Positions 37,202-45,088 of a stretch of DNA of 52,747 bases are shown here, one piece after another. Within the stretch, counting starts at the first letter, position 1. Each line of letters starts with the position of its first letter. A model generated the notes under the pieces. That model was not told where the DNA came from. It ran no database searches and saw only the letters and a list, made by a program, of their open reading frames with translations. The stretch is from a virus (lineage: Duplodnaviria > Caudoviricetes). A program made the translations under genes and the position numbers. The stretch covers positions 1 to 52,747 of IMG/VR virus record IMGVR_UViG_3300025892_001683; one strand, written 5' to 3'.

Positions 37202-37462
37202 TTATCCCTTTGGTCTCTTAGACTCTGTTATTTTTCGTATGCCTCTGTTAAATTTAGCGACATCAGAGCCCTTAATACTATTAATAAATCTTCTTTCTAG
37301 ATCAAGTGCTGTCTGTTCATCATATGTTTTATGTATTAGTTCCATAAGGTTAATTGCACTATTAAGAATATTTGCCGCACGTGATTCTATTATTGCTTCA
37401 GAGTCTTTCCTGTCAGCAATTGCGTTAAGTTCTTGTAGAATTGATCTAGTTTTAATTTTCAT
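37202..37462 (-). CDS. Hypothetical protein
   Basis: ORF track; TRSILQELN...LERRFINSIK. Confidence 0.75.
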   Translation of the reverse strand: MKIKTRSILQELNAIADRKDSEAIIESRAANILNSAINLMELIHKTYDEQTALDLERRFINSIKGSDVAKFNRGIRKITESKRPKG

Positions 37463-37617
37463 ATGCTTCCCTATACAGTGTATTTAACCTTTTACGTTCA
37501 TTATTATATACGGTGTGATATCTATTGTCAACCATTAACATTAGGTGTCAACATCTGTTAGGCACACTCATGCAAAAATAGCACTGACGTTATGCATAAA
37601 AGTAATGAAAAAACCGG

Positions 37618-37666
37618 TTGATTTCTGCTCTAATAGGGGTTATAATAAAGTACGTTTATATAAATA
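37618..37666 (+). promoter_or_regulatory. Tandem sigma70-type and late promoters
   Basis: TTGATT-N17-TATAAT (37618-37646) and TATAAATA (37659-37666). Confidence 0.7.
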
Positions 37667-37671
37667 CACGT

Positions 37672-37838
37672 GAATAGGGCAGTGACACTGTACTATTCGA
37701 CACACAGACACTGGGATAGACCGGGGCAACTTCACAATGCCTTACAAAGCGAATGACGGTAGCAAAGACTACTGACGGTAGCAAAGACTACTGACGCCTA
37801 GAAAAGACTAGGGGTATCATGCTAACCATAAAGCATCC
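37672..37838 (+). ncRNA. Structured multi-hairpin leader or sRNA with repeated GAC-R-stem-NAWAGA units
   Basis: Four hairpins share the loop motif but have three different, complementary stem sequences; begins just after TATAAATA. Confidence 0.6.
37754..37791 (+). repeat. Exact 19-bp tandem duplication TGACGGTAGCAAAGACTAC
   Basis: Seen directly; a diverged third copy follows at 37792-37812. Confidence 0.95.
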
Positions 37839-37858
37839 ATACATCAAAGGAGAAAAAG

Positions 37859-38062
37859 ATGAACCACTTAATACGTGGTCTGATGTCTTGGGTGAATAGC
37901 GGGTCAACTAAAAGTTACCGCTCTGAGCTACTGACTTGGGCCAAAACAGAATACGGAAACGATTGGCAGTATGCATATGAATATATGCTAACGCACAACG
38001 GCCGAGCACCAACATTAACAGAAATAAACGGACCTAGATACTTACGTAAGGAGGTAGCATAA
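37859..38062 (+). CDS. Small hypothetical protein
   Basis: AAGGAG SD; WAKTEYGNDWQYAY. Confidence 0.75.
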   Translation: MNHLIRGLMSWVNSGSTKSYRSELLTWAKTEYGNDWQYAYEYMLTHNGRAPTLTEINGPRYLRKEVA

Positions 38063-38244
38063 TGCGATTCCTACGTAAATTACTCTCAAAACTATTTTGG
38101 TCTGAAAAAGATTGGGTTGAAGATTATCTTAGTCAGTCTACTGATCATGCTGATCTGGAACGCAGGATTAGGAAACTGGATAGGCGCGAGGTCACGCACG
38201 GACCTTTTGGAACTATCACACACCATGGTTACAAATACCGATAA
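38062..38244 (+). CDS. DUF3563-like small protein
   Basis: EDYLSQSTDHADLERRIRKLD; AAGGAGG SD. Confidence 0.7.
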   Translation: MRFLRKLLSKLFWSEKDWVEDYLSQSTDHADLERRIRKLDRREVTHGPFGTITHHGYKYR

Positions 38245-38268
38245 CACATACACACAAAGGGGAATATA

Positions 38269-38520
38269 ATGTTAATTTGGGAAAGAATAAAAAACACATG
38301 TGAAGCAGTTGGCTATTCAAGAGCAGCATCACAACTAGCATCGCAAGGATACTACGAAGCATCAAAGAATTTGTTACTAGAGAAATCAAAGTTATCAAAT
38401 CAAAAACTAAAAGCAATTCGCAGACTTGAGAAAGTAAAGAAAGCAAAGGCAAACTATGAGCCAGGCGATCATTACTTCAAAGGTAAGAGCGTAGCGTTCT
38501 GGAAAGGGAAGGCAGCATAA
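38269..38520 (+). CDS. Small hypothetical protein
   Basis: GYSRAASQLASQGY; CA-rich leader with AAGGGG. Confidence 0.7.
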   Translation: MLIWERIKNTCEAVGYSRAASQLASQGYYEASKNLLLEKSKLSNQKLKAIRRLEKVKKAKANYEPGDHYFKGKSVAFWKGKAA

Positions 38521-38624
38521 TGATTATTAAATTTTTTCAAGCAGCAATACCTTTAACTTTTATGTTCGGAGTGTTAATTTGTGTAATGACACTTAATGGT
38601 TTATTCTGGGGAGGAGCATTTTAA
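38520..38624 (+). CDS. 34-aa single-TM peptide
   Basis: Translated by hand: MIIKFFQAAIPLTFMFGVLICVMTLNGLFWGGAF; TAATG coupling on both sides. Confidence 0.55.
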   Translation: MIIKFFQAAIPLTFMFGVLICVMTLNGLFWGGAF

Positions 38625-38683
38625 TGTGGCCTTATACAGATGAAGAAAACGATTTCTTAACTAGTCCAAAACCTAAGAACTAA
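38624..38683 (+). CDS. 19-aa micropeptide MWPYTDEENDFLTSPKPKN
   Basis: GGAGGAG SD, TAATG coupling, ends just before a terminator. Confidence 0.5.
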   Translation: MWPYTDEENDFLTSPKPKN

Positions 38684-38687
38684 ATTT

Positions 38688-38736
38688 AAAAAGAGTAGGG
38701 GAGCCGCCCGTCAAGATGACTCCCCTACAACTTTTT
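38688..38736. terminator. Bidirectional terminator between convergent genes
   Basis: GTAGGGGAG...CTCCCCTAC stem flanked by A- and T-tracts. Confidence 0.7.
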
Positions 38737-38753
38737 CAAGTTGAGTCTATATA

Positions 38754-38987
38754 TTATTTACGATTGTAGATTGAATATAAAACCCATACAGCAACAAGTC
38801 CAACTAAACCTTGTGCAGAAAATCCTGCAACAATGTTTTGAATGTTAGCAATTATGTTGATGTTTGGCCAGAACGGAATGTTCTGTCCGTTGAACAAGAC
38901 TTCAAGTATGATACCTAAAGAAAGTAAACTTACACCTACTTCCGTTAAGGCACCTGCCCAAGTCTTTACTTTATTAAGAATGTCCAT
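38754..38987 (-). CDS. Small membrane protein
   Basis: Two hydrophobic segments, GLVGLVAVWVLY; GAGGAGG SD. Confidence 0.8.
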   Translation of the reverse strand: MDILNKVKTWAGALTEVGVSLLSLGIILEVLFNGQNIPFWPNINIIANIQNIVAGFSAQGLVGLVAVWVLYSIYNRK

Positions 38988-39195
38988 AATGTCATCCTCC
39001 TCTAGTAATCTAATCTCAAATTAAGATTAGTGATATTATTTAGGTAAGTCGTATTAAAAGTAATAATACCATAAATGGTTTGCGGCACCTTAATAACCGG
39101 TTTGGAAGAAAAAAAGTTTATTAAGTACGCAGACAATACTAAATACTTGTGTTACATTAGTAACAAAACACACATACACACAAAGGAGAACCAGT

Positions 39196-39507
39196 ATGAA
39201 CAAGACGTTTAAAGAAGGTATCGAAAAAGGTGCCGAGCAGTTAGCACAATCAGTGCGTGAAACACTTCCAAAAGTACAGTTTAATAAAAATGGTTACGAG
39301 ATTCGTACCAATGTACTTGATATGGCTAAGTCATTTACAGAGTTTAGTTATAGCAATAAATGGATAGGGTGGGAAGTAACTGCCAAACGTGATGAGAAGT
39401 CAGGGCAAATTATCAACAAAGTTGATATGCCTGAGATTCCAGGAGTAGACCAAGTATTGGAAACTGCTGAGAAGTTCTACGACTTCATCAACACTACCAA
39501 AAAATAA
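39196..39507 (+). CDS. Phage hypothetical protein
   Basis: KNGYEIRT..L.MAK...VLETAEKFYDFI; AAGGAG SD. Confidence 0.8.
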   Translation: MNKTFKEGIEKGAEQLAQSVRETLPKVQFNKNGYEIRTNVLDMAKSFTEFSYSNKWIGWEVTAKRDEKSGQIINKVDMPEIPGVDQVLETAEKFYDFINTTKK

Positions 39508-39627
39508 ACAAGACATATTATAGAGTTCCCTATTCGGGATGAAGCATATTAAAGACCGCATAGCGAAATAATAAAGAGTCATAGGATTGGGTGTTAGTCA
39601 AAAATAGGCTAACACCTTTTCTATTGG

Positions 39628-39656
39628 TTGACAAATACAACAACAGAGTGTACAAT
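39628..39656 (+). promoter_or_regulatory. Sigma70-type promoter
   Basis: TTGACA-N17-TACAAT. Confidence 0.75.
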
Positions 39657-39662
39657 ACACAC

Positions 39663-39791
39663 ATGAATAAGAAAAGAAACAAACTAGAACGTAAACTAGA
39701 TGAATATAATCACACTATGGAATTGATTAGAACTATAGTTCCACTTATAGTTTTAGGGTTGCAAGTGTACATTATATTGAAACTTATATGA
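39663..39791 (+). CDS. Small C-terminally anchored membrane protein
   Basis: ATG 6 nt after the -10 box; hydrophobic C-terminus. Confidence 0.6.
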   Translation: MNKKRNKLERKLDEYNHTMELIRTIVPLIVLGLQVYIILKLI

Positions 39792-40390
39792 AGAAAGGCA
39801 AAATAGTGAAAGATAATATTATAATGGTAGACGCCGACGGTGTCTTGTTAGACTGGGAATGGGCGTTCAACATTTGGATGTTAGAACACGGCTTTGAAAA
39901 GCAAGAAGGATATCAGTTTGTGTACGGTATGGACTTGCGCTATGGTATTAGTAAAGAGCAAGGCAAGAAGTTAATTAAAACATTTAACGAAAGTGCTGCT
40001 ATAGGCTTTTTACCTGCACTAAGAGATGCTGTGTATTATGTAAAACGTTTACACGAAGAACATGGTTACAAGTTTCACTGTATAACAAGCCTTTCAAAAG
40101 ATCGTAACGCACAAAAGTTACGTAAGATGAACTTGCAAAAACTATTTGGTAAAACAGCATTTGAAAAATTTGTGATACTAGGAACAGGTGATGACAAAGA
40201 CGAAGCACTTACTCCATACAAGGACACAGGATGTTGGTGGGTAGAAGACAAACCAGAGAATGCATTAGCAGGCGTCAATGCAGGGTTGAACAGTATCTTA
40301 ATTGAACATGGACATAATATGGGCTACAAGCACGATAGTGTAACTGTTGTTAAGAACTGGAAAGAAATTTTTAATTTAGTAACAAAATAA
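39788..40390 (+). CDS. HAD-family phosphatase/5'-nucleotidase-like protein (T4 gp30.2-like)
   Basis: DADGVLLDW, CITS, K, WVEDK motifs. Confidence 0.85.
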   Translation: MKKGKIVKDNIIMVDADGVLLDWEWAFNIWMLEHGFEKQEGYQFVYGMDLRYGISKEQGKKLIKTFNESAAIGFLPALRDAVYYVKRLHEEHGYKFHCITSLSKDRNAQKLRKMNLQKLFGKTAFEKFVILGTGDDKDEALTPYKDTGCWWVEDKPENALAGVNAGLNSILIEHGHNMGYKHDSVTVVKNWKEIFNLVTK

Positions 40391-40424
40391 AAAATAGGGT
40401 GCTTGTCGAAGGCACCCTATTTTT
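40389..40424. terminator. Bidirectional terminator
   Basis: AAAAATAGGGTGC...GCACCCTATTTTT between convergent genes. Confidence 0.85.
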
Positions 40425-40437
40425 ATGACTTGTAGTT

Positions 40438-41397
40438 CTAGTATCCGTTAGGTACAATAACATAGTGTATCATTAACACTACGCCTACTGATGCACCTAA
40501 GCCTATCATCATCTTGAAGAAGTCTTTGGTCACCAACGGAAACACTGTCTTGAACTTTTCCTTGCCTGTCATAGTTGCCATAGCAAGTTCACGTCCACAT
40601 AGTAGTCCTACGAACACCCATGTTGTTGACATAGGTATATCGTTTAGTTCTTTAAAGAAGAATAAGATCAACCAATACACACCATCAATGATAGTTGCTG
40701 AACGCACATATCTTGTGTTGTGTTTTTCTAGTACAATCTTTTGTATCTTACCACCACCCTCTTTAAACATAAACGCAAGTCCTACAACAAACACAAGGCT
40801 CACTAGGATCATTAGGTCCCATGGAACTTGTCTTGGAAGGAACACAGCAATGTTTGCCATGTCATGACTTAGCCAAGTAAACCACAGGAAGCCTGTTGTT
40901 ACCCATTGTGCTATTCGCCATGCTTTCTTATGTTCTTCTTTGACAGGCTTTGCTTCGTCAAGTAGTTTAGTAACTCCTATCCAAATAATGTATGCCGCGA
41001 CTGCCGCGACAGCATAGCCCATCATGCTTTTCATTAGCATCTTCTCTAGTACAAAGGTACTTGCGAAGGCACTTAATACTAAAAAAGAAGTACTAACTGG
41101 TACTCCTATTCGTGTAAGTATTAATAATAGTCCTGGTGCCATTGCGTGATACCATTGTATCTCTTGGAACGGTATTTTGTTTAGTCGTCCATAACTAATA
41201 TCTCCACCGTTGGTATACCAACCATACCAAAGTGTATACAGTAGAACAGCCGAAGCCGCTCCCCACATCACTTTCCAATTAAATTTTTCGTTATTACTTG
41301 CGATCCATGTACCTAATGTTTGTACGGAATCATTTGCGATAACTGCGTAACCTGCGAACAGGAAACCTACAGCCATCCATAGGGTGAGTGCGTCCAT
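40438..41397 (-). CDS. PiT/PHO4-like phosphate (or sulfate) permease
   Basis: Duplicated signatures AND/HD.AN and PVST/PMSTT; about 10 TM; GAGGAG SD before ATG 41397. Confidence 0.7.
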   Translation of the reverse strand: MDALTLWMAVGFLFAGYAVIANDSVQTLGTWIASNNEKFNWKVMWGAASAVLLYTLWYGWYTNGGDISYGRLNKIPFQEIQWYHAMAPGLLLILTRIGVPVSTSFLVLSAFASTFVLEKMLMKSMMGYAVAAVAAYIIWIGVTKLLDEAKPVKEEHKKAWRIAQWVTTGFLWFTWLSHDMANIAVFLPRQVPWDLMILVSLVFVVGLAFMFKEGGGKIQKIVLEKHNTRYVRSATIIDGVYWLILFFFKELNDIPMSTTWVFVGLLCGRELAMATMTGKEKFKTVFPLVTKDFFKMMIGLGASVGVVLMIHYVIVPNGY

Positions 41398-41491
41398 TCT
41401 TATTTCTCCTCTGCTTGCCGCTTTTACCACGGCGCTCACATATTAAGACAGGGCTCGACGTTGCCCTGCTGGTAACATCATTGTTACGTTT

Positions 41492-41548
41492 TATTTATAG
41501 CATCAATTTAGATTAATGTCAAGAATGAAGATTAAAGTTTTGTTACAA
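41492..41548 (-). promoter_or_regulatory. Promoter with upstream Pho-box-like site
   Basis: TTGTAAC-AAAA-CTTTAAT (41548-41531), then TTGACA-N17-TATAAA(TA). Confidence 0.55.
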
Positions 41549-41574
41549 AAAAATAGCACCCGAAGGTGCTATTT
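41547..41574 (-). terminator. Rho-independent terminator
   Basis: TAGCACC-TTCG-GGTGCTA followed by T7. Confidence 0.85.
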
Positions 41575-42168
41575 CTATTTTATTGATTCTTTCCAGTTGC
41601 AGTTTCTTTTTCTGTGTCCGTTCCAAGCCATAAAGCCTCCTAGTCTTAATGAATAGTAAGCCAAGTAGTTCATAACGTAGAAACCGTTTACATTAATGTT
41701 AATATCTCTAAAGATTTCGTCTGCTCTTTTTTGTGATATTACACCAAGTGTATCTTTCTTGTTCTTGTGTAAAAGTGTTTCATACTTATAAGCATAGTCG
41801 TGTACGAGTCCGCCCATAAGTAAAACGCCGACAGGAGAAAAGAACGTATGCAAGAACTTAGGAATACTTGCTCCGTCAAATGTAAATCCTGCAGGAATAA
41901 CATAGTCTTTGTCATTTAGATTGTAGTGAAAATCTTCTGCAAGTTGCCAATGTCTAACACCTAATAGCCACATGATGATACCTTTGAAAAAACCCTTGTC
42001 CTTAGTCTTAATTGGTAATGGTTTTAACACAGGCATGTCAGTGTGTTTATAAGTATGACAAGGCGCTTTTCTCTTATCGAATCTGTTAATGATGAAACCT
42101 ATGATGACAACTATTATTAAAATAGTCCACATCCAAAACTTCATCGCGAGTGTTAGTAATAGATCCAT
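41575..42168 (-). CDS. DUF1353 family protein
   Basis: IPAGFTFDGASIP, LVHDYAY, ADEIF; N-terminal TM. Confidence 0.82.
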   Translation of the reverse strand: MDLLLTLAMKFWMWTILIIVVIIGFIINRFDKRKAPCHTYKHTDMPVLKPLPIKTKDKGFFKGIIMWLLGVRHWQLAEDFHYNLNDKDYVIPAGFTFDGASIPKFLHTFFSPVGVLLMGGLVHDYAYKYETLLHKNKKDTLGVISQKRADEIFRDININVNGFYVMNYLAYYSLRLGGFMAWNGHRKRNCNWKESIK

Positions 42169-42205
42169 TGGTTCGCTCCCGTTGTGTATACTATCGTATT
42201 TAGTA

Positions 42206-42604
42206 TTATAACGGAGTTTTATCTATCCAAGGAGTAAATTCTTTGCCTATAACAACTATGCAACCTGCATTTTCGTCTAGCATAAGAACTACTGAAAAAC
42301 TGCCAGTTTTTGGGTTGACATACATTCTTAGTTCGTTTTCGAAACTGCCGGCTTGGCCAGGAATCAATATCATTCCTTTGCCTTTTAACAAAGGAAGCTC
42401 ATCATACTGTGATATTACAGAATTAAGATTCTCGATGTCTGTGCAATTGATAAATGAAGGTAATAGTCGCCATAGTACTTCCGGCTGAGTTGGTTCTGTT
42501 GCAGGTGGGTTTGTATTAGCGTGACTTAACATGCCGCCGTTAACATTAGTTACGAAAACGAACAGCAAGGCAAATAGTAATGTTTTCATGTTTTTTCCCT
42601 TCAT
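42206..42604 (-). CDS. Secreted hypothetical protein
   Basis: Signal peptide; YVNPKTGSFS...CIV.IG. Confidence 0.7.
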   Translation of the reverse strand: MKGKNMKTLLFALLFVFVTNVNGGMLSHANTNPPATEPTQPEVLWRLLPSFINCTDIENLNSVISQYDELPLLKGKGMILIPGQAGSFENELRMYVNPKTGSFSVVLMLDENAGCIVVIGKEFTPWIDKTPL

Positions 42605-42607
42605 TAG

Positions 42608-42624
42608 TATTTAGTGTATAAATA
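42608..42624. promoter_or_regulatory. Back-to-back divergent late promoters
   Basis: CTAAATA (minus) and TATAAATA (plus) between divergent genes. Confidence 0.65.
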
Positions 42625-42652
42625 CTTTTAATATAACTTTTAAGGAACAGGT

Positions 42653-43033
42653 ATGGCTTACTCGGATAAGGTACTTGATCACTACGAAAACCCCCGCAAT
42701 GTTGGAAGTTTAGATGCTAAGGCAGTTAATGTTGGTACAGGCATGGTTGGAGCACCTGCATGTGGCGATGTTATGAAACTTCAAATTGAAGTAGAGGATG
42801 ATGTTATAACAGATGCCAAATTTAAAACATATGGCTGTGGCAGCGCAATAGCAAGTTCAAGTTTAGTAACACAGATGGTCAAAGGTATGACACTAGATCA
42901 AGCCTCTGATGTTAAGAACATGGACATTGTAGAAGAACTTGCTCTACCACCTGTGAAGATACATTGTAGTGTTCTTGCAGAAGATGCAATTAAATCAGCA
43001 ATAGCAAATTATAAATCTAAACACAAAGAATAG
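42653..43033 (+). CDS. iscU: Fe-S cluster scaffold IscU
   Basis: YSDKVLDHYENPRNVG, APACGDVM, FKTYGCGSAIASSS, LPPVKIHCSVLAEDA. Confidence 0.97.
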   Translation: MAYSDKVLDHYENPRNVGSLDAKAVNVGTGMVGAPACGDVMKLQIEVEDDVITDAKFKTYGCGSAIASSSLVTQMVKGMTLDQASDVKNMDIVEELALPPVKIHCSVLAEDAIKSAIANYKSKHKE

Positions 43034-43037
43034 ACTG

Positions 43038-43508
43038 TTATTTCTTTTCCATTAACTTAACTGCTTTGTCGTAATCTTTTTGAGCAACAAGTCCTTCGCG
43101 CAATAACTTCTCGCGGTTAGCCATATGTTTCATTTGTACTTCGTCTTTTGATCCGCCAAAGTATGCTACAGCATGTCCTTCTTCAACAAGTATTTCAGTG
43201 GCTCGTTTATCTTCAATAAGGAAGTCTCCAAGGACTCTTCCAAATTTTCCTCTGCTATCTTCTCCGCTTCTGTCAATTTCTGTTTTGAGAATTGAGATAG
43301 ATCCGATTGGTAATAATTCTTTAAGTCTTGCCTTTGATGCGAGTCCAAATGTTTTCTCTACTTTATCTCTTGTACGTGATTCAGGTGTGTCAATACCCAT
43401 CATGCGAACACGTTCTTTGTGCATCCACATTCCAAAACCTAAGTCGATATCTACATCTACTGTGTCGCCGTCTACTACTCTTAATACCTTACATTTATAT
43501 TCATACAT
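43038..43508 (-). CDS. Thermonuclease (SNase-like)
   Basis: VVDGDTV, RVRMMGIDTPE, GKFGRVLG. Confidence 0.9.
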   Translation of the reverse strand: MYEYKCKVLRVVDGDTVDVDIDLGFGMWMHKERVRMMGIDTPESRTRDKVEKTFGLASKARLKELLPIGSISILKTEIDRSGEDSRGKFGRVLGDFLIEDKRATEILVEEGHAVAYFGGSKDEVQMKHMANREKLLREGLVAQKDYDKAVKLMEKK

Positions 43509-43536
43509 ATTGTTCGCTCCTGAATTATATGAGTAT

Positions 43537-43767
43537 TTATTCTATACCTAGTTTATTATAGGCCTCTTCAAATCCTTCTTCATGTATGTATGATTCTTCA
43601 TTATACCATACACGTTTAAAATAACCATCGTAGCAATCTAGAATGCAATCTTCACTTGCATTGAGGTGCCCTTTTACTAACCAAAAAATCCTATAAGCAT
43701 CTTTCTTATTAATCTTTAAGGCCTTCGCCTTTGTCCTTGTATGCCCATTCATCTGTATGTCCAACAC
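43537..43767 (-). CDS. Small hypothetical protein (start uncertain)
   Basis: ORF track; fills the gap, but the true start is probably later. Confidence 0.5.
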   Translation of the reverse strand: MLDIQMNGHTRTKAKALKINKKDAYRIFWLVKGHLNASEDCILDCYDGYFKRVWYNEESYIHEEGFEEAYNKLGIE

Positions 43768-44359
43768 TCCATTTAGGGTTATTTTCTACTGTATAATTCT
43801 GTGTACAAACTTTAAAGTCTGGTGTTTTTCTTTCTGCTGGCACTAGACTTTGATCTGTAAACACAACTCTATTATTTGGTTGTGCTGCTATTTGTCCATT
43901 GTCTAGTTTGATAACGTTAAATGATTTATGCTCTGGATCGTGTTCAGCAAAGTTAGTATCGAGTGTACTGTTTTGTGCGTGACAAGTATCTAGTGTGAAC
44001 ATGTATTCACCTTTGTGCATTTTACGATCCTTACCAAAGAACTCACAATCTGCTAACATAGGTTTTTTAATTACTGTAATATCATAATCAAAGCAATCCC
44101 ATATCTGTAGAGTATCTAATGGCAGTTGATTATCTTTATCATAATCTTCTTTCCATACAAATGCTGATATAGGAAGTTTGTCGTATAGTGCGCCATATTC
44201 TAGGAGTAGCGTTTCAAAGTATAATGCTTTACCTTGTATGCTTCTAACACTTATCCACATTCCAGGAGTTAGTTCACCATGTCCCTTTTGATGATCATAA
44301 AGATATTCTTTCTTTACATACACTTCAACGGGCGGTAGATTATGTACTAGAAAAGCCAC
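43709..44359 (-). CDS. Phage hypothetical protein
   Basis: GTG start with AGGAG SD; YVKKEYLYD, LPISAFV, WDCF, AAQPNNR. Confidence 0.8.
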   Translation of the reverse strand: MAFLVHNLPPVEVYVKKEYLYDHQKGHGELTPGMWISVRSIQGKALYFETLLLEYGALYDKLPISAFVWKEDYDKDNQLPLDTLQIWDCFDYDITVIKKPMLADCEFFGKDRKMHKGEYMFTLDTCHAQNSTLDTNFAEHDPEHKSFNVIKLDNGQIAAQPNNRVVFTDQSLVPAERKTPDFKVCTQNYTVENNPKWSVGHTDEWAYKDKGEGLKD

Positions 44360-44403
44360 ATATACTCCTGTGTTAATTATGTATGTATTTATTAAATTAC
44401 TGT

Positions 44404-44640
44404 TTAAGCAGCGTAAGGACGGCCTTCTTTTAAGCCACCTGTGTTAGCGTTATCAGTTAATGCTCCGTTGTTGTCTGAAGCGTGATATCTAGTAGGGAGT
44501 TGTGTAGCATCTGCTGTAACGTCTGCGTAACGCCCTGCTTCTACTACATTACGTGCTGCTCTATCAGCATTAGCAAGTACAAGTTTTTGATCTTGTCTAG
44601 TTTTCTTTAGTGCTTGTGTTGATATACCGTTGGCTGCCAT
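44404..44640 (-). CDS. Small hypothetical protein
   Basis: ORF track; AGGGA SD; LPT.Y...GL..GRP. Confidence 0.7.
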   Translation of the reverse strand: MAANGISTQALKKTRQDQKLVLANADRAARNVVEAGRYADVTADATQLPTRYHASDNNGALTDNANTGGLKEGRPYAA

Positions 44641-44649
44641 CGTATTCCC

Positions 44650-44865
44650 TTATTTTATATATTTTTTTAATAATAGGTATGCAGCATAACATACAAACAA
44701 ATATACTGTTGCTACTCCTACATCTAATATATGTTCTCGCATATGATAGATAAACTCTATGCCTGCTTGAACATCTCCCATAGTAGCAGGATCAACCGTA
44801 ATAGTTTCTACCTTGCCATCTTGGTTGAACTCTATAGCGGTTCTTTCTGTTTCATTTGCTGCCAT
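44650..44865 (-). CDS. Small membrane protein
   Basis: Start moved to ATG 44865 (AGGA SD); C-terminal TM. Confidence 0.6.
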   Translation of the reverse strand: MAANETERTAIEFNQDGKVETITVDPATMGDVQAGIEFIYHMREHILDVGVATVYLFVCYAAYLLLKKYIK

Positions 44866-44905
44866 TGTTTCTGTTCCTATATTACTATTTATGTTAAATA
44901 CATAT

Positions 44906-45088
44906 ATGTTCAAAGCAATAAAAAAGTGGTGGAAAAGTTATGGCGAATGCGAGGAAGAGCTTGCAAGATTAGGAATATATTCATATACTAACGCATACGG
45001 ACATCCAACATATTTACATACTAAAGAAGATATTTCAAATGATAGACAAAAAACCGATAAACGAATTATTAAAAAACCTAAAAGATAG
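44906..45088 (+). CDS. Small hypothetical protein
   Basis: ATG 5 nt after TAAATA; overlaps the hemA start. Confidence 0.55.
   Translation: MFKAIKKWWKSYGECEEELARLGIYSYTNAYGHPTYLHTKEDISNDRQKTDKRIIKKPKR

Noticed and set aside
37754-37812. Mini-CRISPR array
   Set aside because: The 19-bp units abut with no spacers, and there are no cas genes in the window; the 28857 nuclease is a common phage exonuclease
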